Shown: positions 14,101 through 25,500 of the stretch, in pieces | How the letters are laid out: every line of letters starts with the position of its first letter | Position numbering within the stretch: the stretch's first letter is position 1 | Made by a program: the position numbers and the translations under genes | The notes under the pieces: generated by a model | Databases searched by the model: none | What the model was told of the DNA's origin: nothing | What the model saw: only the letters and a program-made list of their open reading frames with translations | NCBI RefSeq assembly: GCF_033153115.1 | Contig: NW_026889790.1 | Span: 1,364,001-1,428,000 of the forward strand | Reading direction: 5' to 3' | Origin: Saccostrea echinata | Lineage: Eukaryota | Length of the DNA: 64,000 nucleotides

Positions 14101-15350
14101 AAATCTCAAAAACTTCTGCTGTTGGTTTTAAAAGCAAATAGATCGTGTACAGGAAGACGTGCAGATATACAGTAGATGTATCTTATTTGCTTGTGTAAAA
14201 TTGTAAAGTTTTCTTTATTTCTTATTTTACAGCTTGCCTAAGGATGAGACTCCAAATTCCTCAAGAAAAGATCAACAACCTGGCACATCTAAACCAAAAC
14301 CAAGCAAAGCAGATTCTGAACCATCAACCGGCTCGAAAAAACCAGCAGTCCCAAAGTGGTTTACTGCAGGTAATGTCAAGAGCAATTCCAGAAATCTTCT
14401 GTGTTTACTTGACTTTCCATTGTTAGTGTGAGACTCTAGAAGTCCTTACAGGTGAAACTGGGGATCTAGAGGTTAAGGTATCAACCTTTATCAACTGAAA
14501 AATTTAAAATAATCTGTTTCCAAAACATTTTATTTAAATTGAACTTTGACACCATTGTTGCAGATAATCTTCAAGTTTCAGAGGATTCCATTCATTATTC
14601 ATGTAAATACATGCACATGTATCAAAGTTAATTAACTTCCAAGTTGATTAAAATTTCTGTTTTCCAAATGAATTTGAAAACTACAAATCGATCAAGAGTT
14701 GGGAAATTACTTTGCAAAGCAGAAAACTGATCTTGTTCTGAGTTTCGTAGGATTGTGACCCTTGTTTTAGGGAATTACAGTCTTTTACCAATTAAAATTG
14801 AAAAACCCTTAAGAAAAAGCTTTTCATTATTGAAAATTTCATGAAATATGAAATGAACTTAGACTTCCCAAAACAGGCAAATTTCATGAAGCATGTTAGT
14901 GCTTTAAAGCCATTCTGAGAAGTCTCGAGTTCATTTCTTTCATGAATTTTTCAAAAATGAAAGACATTTCTTCTATTTGCCTGTACATATAACTTTCAAA
15001 TACACATAAATTGAAAAAACGTCCCCTGGTTTCTTGAAAACATGGGAACATTAAATCTCATTCCTCTGTGTCTGTCTCAAAAACTTTATAAAAAAAAACC
15101 ATAGCTTTGACTTTCGTATTTCACATGTGCATTACCTGTGACAAAGCCTTTCAGAATTTACCACGGTTTTTGACCTCATAATTTTGAAGTAGTTTGATAA
15201 TTATGTTGTTAGCATAAATTACTGAACTCATAGATTTATGTCATAATGATAAATGTACACCTTGTAAGAGTTTGCTGGGGCCAGTGCTTCAGCATTACTC
15301 TCAGAATGCTTGTTGATGCTTCTCATTCTTGTTTTGCAGGGAAAAAGTGA
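8160..15350 (+). CDS. ASPSCR1: Tether containing UBX domain for GLUT4 (TUG/UBXD9), p97/VCP cofactor, multi-exon
   Basis: Exon 1 (8160-8237) encodes MSTVQVLCPNGRRQNVKVTPNTKLLQ, matching the TUG N-terminal UBL. Later exons give VLEEVCKKQG, YSNLPNNVKLELV, DLPDEFFEIT, the UBX segment VVIRIQFPDKVVLQGLFRPKET, and C-terminal VPKWFTAGKK*. The last coding exon is 15340-15350. A 25-nt microexon lies at 12216-12240. Confidence 0.93.
8531..8684. mobile_element. Foldback/MITE remnant consisting only of TIRs: 102-bp palindrome plus an extra arm, 8-9-bp TSD
   Basis: Arms 8531-8581 and 8582-8632 are reverse complements with 1 mismatch. A third arm lies at 8633-8684. Flanks are (c)GGGTTATC and (t)GGGTTATC. 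Confidence 0.8.
8706..8830. repeat. Inverted/tandem GGTTACGAGTTGAC motif cluster (decayed foldback element)
   Basis: AGTCAACTCGTAACCA...TGGTTACGAGTTGACT hairpin followed by degenerate tandem copies. Confidence 0.55.
9378..9592 (-). mobile_element. Short HINE/Helentron-like element (same family as 48320-49187 and a fragment at ~15020-15190)
   Basis: Shares the hairpin end ttattgtcc...ggacatt, a (TCTG)n tract, and the opposite end accacaattctctgaatttgcttg-Tn. Confidence 0.7.
10739..10953. mobile_element. Decayed Tc1/mariner-type MITE
   Basis: TACTGT ... CACGAAAATATGTGATTTTACAGTA termini. Confidence 0.5.
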
Positions 15351-15577
15351 TATGTTCAAAGATATGGAAAAAATTGTGCAAAACGCTACATTCTTCAACA
15401 CTGGGACTTGGTTCTACCTGTTAGCCTCAATCTGACAATACATGACATTGACATCAATCAGTCTTCATTCAACAGCTTATCAATGAAATAAATATGTTTA
15501 AATCACTACAAAAGTATTCTTTATAATCAGTCCAAGGATGAGGAAATGTTCCATTTCTATAAAGTGTAATTACTACC

Positions 15578-16049
15578 TATAGTAAAACTCGGTTATAGCG
15601 AAGTTCTGGGACCTGCGAATTTACTTTGTTATATCCATTATTCATTATATCCGTATAACGAATTAATTATTGTATACATAGCTAATTCGCAATATAGACT
15701 TTTTTATTCAAGTATGACTACAAAAAGTATTAAAAATTTACCTTGGATTTCAAAAGTTTTCGGATGAATTGCATTTCAAGTATAAATACTTATAAAATTA
15801 TTGTCAGTTCAATATTTTAAAAATTAAGAACTTTGAAATTTTGCTATAAAAGCTGTTAATTTCGTTATTTTCAACTTCTAGTTTTCAACAAAATCAGTTT
15901 GCTATAACCGTAAATTCACTATATCCAAGTTCATTATATCCATAAAAATTTAATACGGAATTGTTAAGAATTTCGCCGGGGATTGCAAATTAAAAAGCTA
16001 TGTCCGTAAATTTGCTATATCTGTGTTCGTAATAAACAAGTTTTACAGT
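15578..16049. mobile_element. Tc1/mariner-pogo-type MITE between the ASPSCR1 and CCDC33 3' ends
   Basis: TATAGTAAAACTCGGTTATAGCGAA ... TTCGTAATAAACAAGTTTTACAGTA, with subterminal tatatcc repeats. Confidence 0.65.
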
Positions 16050-16553
16050 AATACACTTTAGAGCAACATCAACAAAAAAACATTTACAACTAATAAATAA
16101 TTTATTTCCAACAAAATGCATAATCTCTAACAATACATAATTATATGAAACTGATAACAATATAAGAATTATTGTACAACGATGATGAACAATGAGCCAT
16201 GGTTTACAGTGGTTCCTGCTACCACAGTCGAGAACAATCCAGGAATATGTATGAAAGTCCGATACATAATGAGAATAAGCACATTACCCCTTAGTTACCT
16301 TTAATATAAAATGTGATTAAGAATGTGAAGAAAAAGACAATTCAGCATCACTCCAGGGTATAAGCAGTAAATCATTCAGTTGACAATATCATTTTAACAC
16401 AGTTGTACAATTCATGCATTCACAAGAGGCAGCAACTTTAGATCTCTTCTTGAGTGGCGTGATGTAACTAATAAATAAAGGTGACATTTATAGTCTGTTC
16501 AGCTCCAGTTGGCAGCCATATTGAAAGCACCAGAAGGGGGTTCATGAGTTGTA

Positions 16554-19500
16554 TCAGCGGTACAGGGGAGACAATCGCCGAGGACTGTTACGGGCGAGTT
16601 TATCATTCTGAAAAATTATATACAAACACATTCAAAATTCTAACACTCTCCATACTCCAACAGTTGTTCAACAAGCCAGAATAAATTTTACCATCTTTCA
16701 ATTCAGCAAAGGCCTCTGTGTATAAATAAACTTTTGAGTCACAAAAAGAAAATTAAGAACAAATGTAAATTAAGTTTAAAAAGAAGGATAAATTATGCTA
16801 ATCTAATTTTTGGCACGATAATACACCAAAAGTAAAGGTTATAGTGCATCAGGTATCACACTAGTGCATCAGATATCACACTAGTGCATCAGGTATCACA
16901 AACTAATGTGAGGGCAATGCAGATAACAACAACAGTACAGTGTTAGGACAATACATAATATCTAATTGGTGGTTATCATGGGTGATAAATCTGGAAAGGA
17001 ACTTGGTGGGATTTTATTAAGGTAAATAACTCTGGGCAGGAACTCAGTGGGATTTGTTAAGGTAGATAACTCTGGGAAGGAACTCGGTGGATTTCTCTGT
17101 ACCTGGCAGGCACATCGACAAGGAGGAGGGGCACTTAAGTAGGTGTGTTTCCTCGATTGTCGCACCTCTCTTGGAGACTCCTGATTATTTATTAAGACAT
17201 GTTAACCACAGAATAGACAGAAACTTAAATGTCCTAATTACAGAGAAAACATTATTAATCTAGTGAGAGTTTCTGGAATATAGTAAGATTTCACATTGTG
17301 GGATCTGAAAAAGGCAAGAGCATGATAAGGGAGGTAACTTTATATTTACTCAATACGTTAAAGTCATGTTAGTCTTTTTGATTGGGGTTTAAACCTAAGT
17401 AACTGGGTTCACATGATAGTCATTAGAACTTACATAGACTGGGTAATCATGTAGAACCATGCCCGCTGAACGTCCAAACCCGTGTTCCGCTTCATTTAAC
17501 TTTAACAACATATCTGCTCTCTCTTTACCCCAACTTCTAGAATTCTCTAAAAGCTGTAACAATAGAAATTATAGGAAATCTCAAAATATTTTGATGCCTT
17601 TTCTCTTTTAATCATTTTTTATCTTAACAATGCCTTCCATAATGTTTCATACTGATAATGTTTTGAATTAATAAACATTTTTAATGTTTCACAAATTAAA
17701 ATGAATATTTTGAATGTTTGTCATGTGAAAATCAAAATTTTCAATTTTTAGCAAATATAACATGAAAGAAGATTATACCTGGGTTTCCAGAGACTGTATC
17801 CTAGCCTCGGCTTTCTCCAGAGCCTGATAGAGTTCCAGTTTATCTGTTTCAGATGTTGATGATCCTTTATTACTTAATCTCAGCTGATCCTGGAATAAAT
17901 ATTTTCCAAATAAACACAGAGATATGGAGAACATTTTTTACTGAGCTGTCCATTTATTTTCTTTTCTCAAAATACTTGTCCACTTATTTTCCTTACCCGT
18001 AAGTCATCAGCCTGTTGTCGTAGTCTCTTGTTCTCCTCTAACAAGGCTTCATTGGCTTCTTGGGCAGCATCTGTTGGCAGAGAAGTCAATAATAAGTCAG
18101 GATTCAAAATCAGCAAGGATATCTGACACGTGATGTTTACCTTAGCCCAAGGTACAAGACAAAAAATAAATTTGGATCAACTCAACTTGTATTCTTAAAA
18201 TTTGAAAATCATGAAAATCTTGCAAATATGGAAAGAATTTAAATAGGATGGCAGATTCTTGAAATGCTGCCACCAGTGTCTCCATCTCAACTGTTAGATG
18301 ACTGATGTATTTCTAACTATCGCCTTTCAAAGGTACATTTATTTGTAGTAAGAAGAGAAACAGGTCAATCCTCCTGTCTACCAGGGTTTCCATTACTAAC
18401 AACTAAACTTTGATTTTTTTTGGAGTTGCATCCACCTTACTAACAGTGTAAGTAACCTGTTGACTTTTTTGCCCTGGTCTCTGTGTTTGACTTATCTGTT
18501 GACTTTTTGCCCCAGTCTCTGTGTTGCTTCCCTTACAAACAGTGTGATTGTCGACGTTTTGCCCCGGTCTCTTTGTGACTTACCTGTGACTTTTTGCCCT
18601 AGTCTCTTTGAGACTTACCTGTTGACTTTGCTTCAGTCTCCATGTGACTTACCTGTTGACTTTTTGCCCCAGTCCCTTTGTGACTAACCTGTTGACTTTT
18701 TGCCCCAGTCTCTTTGTGACTAACCTGTTGACTTTTTGCCCCAGTCTCCATGTGACTTACCTGTGACTTTTTGCCCCAGTCTCTTTGTGACTAACCTGCT
18801 GACTTTTTGCCCCAGTCTCTTTGTGACTAACCTGTTGACTTTTTGCCCCAGTCTCCATGTGATTTACCTGTTGACTTTTTGCCCCAGTCCCTTTGTGACT
18901 AACCTGTTGACTTTTTGCCCCAGTCTCTTTGTGACTAACCTGTTGACTTTTTGCCCCAGTCTCTGTGTGACTTACCTGTTGACTTTTTGCCCCAGTCTCC
19001 ATGTGATTTACCTGTTGACTTTTTGCCCCGGTCTCCATGTGATTTACCTGTTGACTTTTTGCCCTGGTCTCTCTGTGACTAATCTGTTGATTTTTTGCCC
19101 CGATCTCTGTGTGACTTACCTGTTGACTTTTTGCCCCGGTCTCTGTGTTGCTTTTCTAGAATCTTCTCCATCTTCTCTATGACCTTCTCCTGTTTTTTAC
19201 ACGCCTCCTCCACCGTCCTCATCTTCTTCAGTTTTTCCTGGAGTTTGGTGATCACCTCATTCTGTTGTTTGTAGTTCTGAGCAATCTTTATGTATCTCTT
19301 TTCCTGGTCATTTTTCTACAAAAAAATTCTATTGAATTGTCAAAGAATTCTTTTGAATTCATCTCAGAAAAAAAGTGTCTTTTACAGGTAAATAATTTAA
19401 AAAAGTTTTCTTTCAGACTTAATCAAATGAAAAAAAAAACTTTTTAAAGCTGTATTTGTATCAATACATGTATACACATGTATCACAGCACCATATTTTC

Positions 19501-22500
19501 ATAGATTTACATTTTAAAAGTACATAAATATGAAAATAGTGCCAGTAATATACCATCACACTTGAGTGAAGATATCGCAAAAAAAGCATGTGTCACCATA
19601 TTGTACCTTGATGAGTTCGTTCTGTAGTTTCTGAACCTTGTCTTTGTAGGCTTGTATGTCACCAGAGTTTGACTGCAGTGTTTGTTTTAGTGCAGCTGAA
19701 AAAAGCAAAACGTGCAGAGTCCCAATTACCCTCTAAATAACTACACTCCTACTTAAGCTTAATAGAGCTTATGTTCACCAGCTCAGCTCAAGTGAGCTTA
19801 CTTTAATGAGTTCATTCTGTAGTCGCTGAACTCTCTCTTTGTAGCTTTTGAGATCATTACTGCTAATTACTAGAGTTTGTTTCAAGATGGCTGAAAATAG
19901 TTTACATGATTAATGGAAGAAAGATTCAAAATAATCAATAAACTTCTTGTTCTCTGATATCACACCTGCATTTAACATTACTGTGGAACTCTTAACTGAT
20001 TTTCTTACAATTGATGTGGAAATTTCTTTATATTTTTTATCCATGAAAATGCTTCATGTATTGCTTTAATTCCTTTATGTGAAAATTTTTGTATTTTTAT
20101 AAAATCTCACAACTATCAAGATTTCCTTGCAAAAATTATTTCTCGAAGAATTTTTTACTTCAGAAATGAATTGTCCAGTTTATTTGGTCCTGTTTCAAAT
20201 TTTCAAATGTATTTCATAAGATGGCAAACATTGATAATTACCATATCTGGACATGACCTCTGGTTTTGTGAGATTGTCTAGTTCCGCTGATTCAATCATC
20301 AGTTTACCGGCGTCATTGTAATTAGCCAGATCTCGACGGAGCTGACTGTTATTTGCCTCCAGCTCTCGGATCTGCTGTCTCAGGGCGAGGATATCTTGAC
20401 CCATTTTGTGGACAGCAGTCCGATAATTCTCCAGTTCCTTCATCTGGTGGTCCAATACATTCATGGATGTCTGGTCCAGATTTGCCGGTTGGTAACTGTA
20501 ATGTGAATCCAAATTATCATTTTCAATGGAGGATAACTATATTTACCTTTTAGTTGCCAAATTCAATATGAATTCAAAATAGAAATATGAAGGAGACAAA
20601 GCAAGTCAAATTCAAATATTTCTTTTATGATATTTGTACCATAAAATTGAAAGAATTATCAAAAGTTTTGATACTCAACTGCACAGTGAAGCAAGCAAAG
20701 AGTGCAAAATATATCATCTGTTCATGTTAATGTCACATGACTTTTATTTATAGCATAAAACTAGTGAACAACTGTAATGGTAAAAAAATGTTCTCATTAT
20801 CTTTTACAAAGAATGTATCAAAATCCTTGGTCTAAGTGATATTCCACTTCTAATGTGACTTGAGACCATTGTAACTTGTTCATGTTTCTGTGCATTTTAC
20901 AATAAGGAGGAAGGAGTGAGCAATATTTTCATCCTGGGCCAAACAATAATTTTTCTTTTATATTCTAAAACTTGTAATTTTATGAAACTTAATGCTTTCA
21001 ATATTGAAGTATTGGCCATTCTCAAATTAGCAATAAATTTCTTAAGAGTGAAAAGATAAATAACAGTTGGAGATGCCCGAAATTCGTATTTTTTATGATT
21101 TTCAAATTAAAAAAACTTCTAAACAGGTTATAATAAATCAGTCAGAACTGCTCTTGGTATATGTAAGCCATAATATTCTACCGAAAAGTTTGAAAATTAT
21201 AAATTTCAAATCTGTTTTCATATACTCCTTGTAAGCTAACTCTTCTCTCTCGATCATTCAGTGTTTGTTCTCTCCGAAGTTTCATATAACTGATATCATG
21301 GAATAAAATGCAAAACATATAGCATCTCTAGGAGCTATGTCATACAGCCGCTCGCATTTGAATGATTGTCAAAATAATAATTTTCATAGAAGAATGAGGA
21401 TGATAGCGAAATACATCCGTGGAAGTATCCGATACAAGGGCACCGCATGAACAAAATTTGCAAATTCTATATTTCTCTTTTTCCTATGTTTGCTTCACAG
21501 TTTTTTTTAATTACAGAGTAATCCAATAAAACACATGGGTGCCCATTTTTCCTTTTTCTTACAGTTTTAACTTCTTTAAACAAGTTTAAGGACCCTCTAT
21601 ACACCAGTGCAAAATGTTTTTTGGACATTGAGAAGATCATATTGAATAAAGTTGTAAATATTGAGCTTATCAATTTAATTTTCAATATATGGTACGTGGC
21701 ATTTACCTCCAGGAAAAATGTTCTCAGACAATCAAGTATCAATGAACATAAATCACTATTGTTTACTTCCATGGAGAAAATACATGCAAATAAAGTGTTC
21801 AATTAATTTATCTTGGCTATTTAAAATGTTATGAATGCTTGAACTGGTTACAAATTGAGTAATATACTGTAAATTTCAATTTATTGGAATTTAGATCTAA
21901 GGGCAGATCACTCTAACTGCAGAAAAATACCATAGAATCAGAACTCTTTACTGTGCAGTGTAGAGAGGGTTCTTAAATTAAATAAAATTTAAGACGAAAT
22001 ATCTTAAATTTACACATTTTAAAAACAACATTAACGAGTTTAGAGAGGAAATGCAATTTTCAATTGCATTACAGCTGTGTTCAGGAAGATGAGGTTAACA
22101 TGAAAATAATCATTTACTCATATGTCATAATTACATGTACCTGATGCAAATTTTTCAGCATAGCATTTTTAGGGCCAGGGGAGGGGGGTCAGGGTGGACT
22201 GAATCCGTAAATATTTACCTGGTAGAAGGGCCTCCTGGCATCGAGGAGGTAGCCCCTGGCAATTGGGTGGCAGCTGGTGGCCTCTGGGGTGGGCGACCAG
22301 ATTTGTTGTCTGGGTCCACAAAGATGTACTGGTAATCTGGGAGTATGGACTCCATAGCTTCATAGGGAGGAAGATCCCCATCTTTGATAGGCTGAAAATC
22401 AACAACACAGACACATGAAAAAAGTTCTACTGAAAATAAAATTTTACAATAGTAATTCTCAAAAATTTAAAACTTGCCTGTTTTGGTAAATACCGTATAT

Positions 22501-25500
22501 ACACAATAACAAAAATTGATCATTTTAATGTTTGTAAAATAACATTGAACAAATTAAATGATACATGATTAAATTTAATTGATTTTTATGTACATCTAAT
22601 CATTCATATAAATCAAACCCCTTTTTTACAACCTCATTAAATTATCAACCATGGTTAGAGAAAAATAAACAGAAGAACAACAGTTCTTTAGCATATCAAA
22701 GAATTACTTTACATAAATTTGATAATGTGCTCTAACACATTTTTTGTGGCTTTTCGGCTACCAATAATATTTTGTAATTTGATAATGTCTTCTAACACTT
22801 TTTCTGTTGATTTTCAGGTACCAATAATATTAATTGAGTAAATTCAATGTCTCTGAACACCCAACATGGTATTTATTAAATGGATTTAAGAAATTTAGAT
22901 TTAAAAGAATCACCATTTTATCTAAGCAAATAATAGAATTCTGAACGTACTAATTCTTACCTCAGCCGTATAAGGCCTATAATACATAGTAGCCATTTTC
23001 CCAGATTTGTCTGTTTTATCACAAATTACACAAATACAATAATCCCCAACACACTATTTATGATGGTGGCCTAATTCTTCTTCACATTTTCAATTTTTAT
23101 GACACACATTTGGCAAAGAAATAGTTAAATCCTTCTTGGCATGATCAGGCTGTACAAAGATCTTCTAATATTATACACTTTAAGATTGCATGGGGCTTCC
23201 TAAAGGAGCTGATCTCAAAAAACACCACATGCATTTAACATGCACCTTAAAATACTTAGTTAATCTTTTCTTAAGGAAGTGTTTGTGTCAGTTTTGCAAT
23301 TAATTGTCTGGTGATTTAAAGAATTTTGACAGGTGTAAATCTGAAATTTGGTAATCTTTTTGTTTACATATGGCCTCTTGGTAACCAAGGCAAGTTTGCA
23401 CAGGATCAACAGGTAACATGATTTCTCCACCTGGCTGAACATTTAAAGTTACCTGAACTTAAAAAGAAAACTGCAGCTCATTTTACAGGATAGCCCAGAG
23501 AAATCAATATTTCTTTATCAACAGATATAATACACACACGAGAAAGACTTGATTGATAGGAATATAAATCTAGAATGTATTCTACACATGCAATATTATA
23601 CATTTTATTGACTGGCTTGATATTTCATGAAATATTTAATCTTTATCTTATTAATTTAATAATAAATTCCACTCACACAGCATGCAGGTATAATACATGC
23701 AGGAAGTTTGTAACAATTAGACAACATTCTTGATAGAATTAATAAATTGAAGAATTCTTTTAAATACATTGAAAATGCAGTTAAAGGGGAATAACTCTGA
23801 ATAGCAAAATATTTAATTGAAAGCAAAGCAGGGTAATACATTTAAACAGGGTTAAATAAATCCAGTTGTTACCTGTAAATCTGATAATGAATAGACTTGG
23901 AACAAACAATTAGGCTACAACATAATACAACACTGATTGAAATCATTCATTTCTATTATAATCTGTAGAGAAAGATTTTTGAGTCAGAAAGGAGGATAAT
24001 TCTGAAAGACTAAACTAAAAATTGACACCCCCCCCCCCCCAAAAAAAAAAGGAAAAATCTTATTCCTAAATAAGGCAAACACTCAAAATTACCAGTAAGA
24101 ATAAGTACAACCCCCAAAATTATCGTTTGTTGGTGTTTTTTTTTTTTTTTTACAGCTGCAGAAATTAGAATTAAGTGATCAGAAATTTTACTTTGAACAT
24201 TGCTGAAATGCTTTCTGTGTTATGTAAAATTTGTAAAACAAAACTGGTATATGTAACACTAAAACTGTATGCAGTGATCTATGATGAATAACAAAATCTT
24301 TTCCTGAGTGACGTGTTAACTCATAATATCATAGAAAAACAGAAAGTATTTGGATTAATAAACTTTGGGCATCATGAACCTTAAAATGTCCAGAATTAAA
24401 TAGTCAAAAAGGGTATTTTAGGTGTAGAATCTCAGAAAAAAAAATGAATTAAAACCTTAGCCCTACTGGAATCAAACTCCTGAAAAAATAAAGCTTACTA
24501 AGCTATCCTTGTAGATAATGCAATTCAGAAGGACAAATCACATAAGATTTAAATTTGATAATTTATTGTAACACACATTATTTGCAACATTTTGACAAAG
24601 TTTTATTCTACTTTAACCAGTACCATTTTATGCCCTGTTCACACGAATATGCATTAAATATTTCATTCGCAGTAAATAAATTCATAGTAAAATAATGCGA
24701 ATTAAACTAATCCGATTTAATTCATGTTCACACAACAGTCAATGCAAAGTAAACTATGTGAATTAAATTTTTATTTCTATATAGTAAGGCTATTATGATG
24801 TCATTTACAAATCATGTCACCTTATGCACAGCAGATTACATTTGACATAATATCATGGTGTCTGTACAGATATTTACTGATAAACTTAATTCATCTTTGT
24901 TTTTCACTCAAAAATAGCATAAGTACTGATATCTGACCACCGACATGTGGCAATTAAGTGGCTTTACTTTGCTATTACACATGCGTCAGAATTAAATTTG
25001 AATTAGCTTTGCTATAGCCTTAACACAGAGCTAAATGTGAAGTAATTTGATACGTAGTAAATTAATTCAAATTAAACTAATTCACATTCAATTCTCTCTG
25101 TGAACATGGTTCAAATTTAATTCGCAGTAACTTAGGTTTAATTCAAATTAAACTCTCTGTGTGAACATGGTTCAAATTCAATTCGCAGTAACTTAGGTTT
25201 AATTCAAATTAAACTCTCTGTGTGAACAGGGCATTAAAATGTTAATGTAAATTTCCCATAAAATTATAAAGATGAGACAGATTGAGGATAAAGTTAATTA
25301 CATACAATGACATCAGAGTCTTCACATTCAGAAGTGTATACATAAGAACGTAGCAGAAATGAAAAAAAAAAGACACAGCGGCCTCTGGTTTGATCTTTGA
25401 CTTACCAAATCACATTAATCTGCCATATCAAAATTAATATCATTTAAAATCGATCAGAATAAAATCATCTTGACATTACATGCACACATAAATATGAATA

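Noticed and set aside
18110-18125. U12-type donor ATATCCTT on the minus strand
   Set aside because: It is not at an exon boundary, and the neighbouring exons join in phase through normal GT-AG sites.
18736-19182. Repetitive ORFs on both strands (FCPSLFVTNLLT / ETGAKSQQVSH)
   Set aside because: These are by-products of a 36-bp minisatellite. The frame continuing the real CCDC33 exon has a stop in the first intronic copy.
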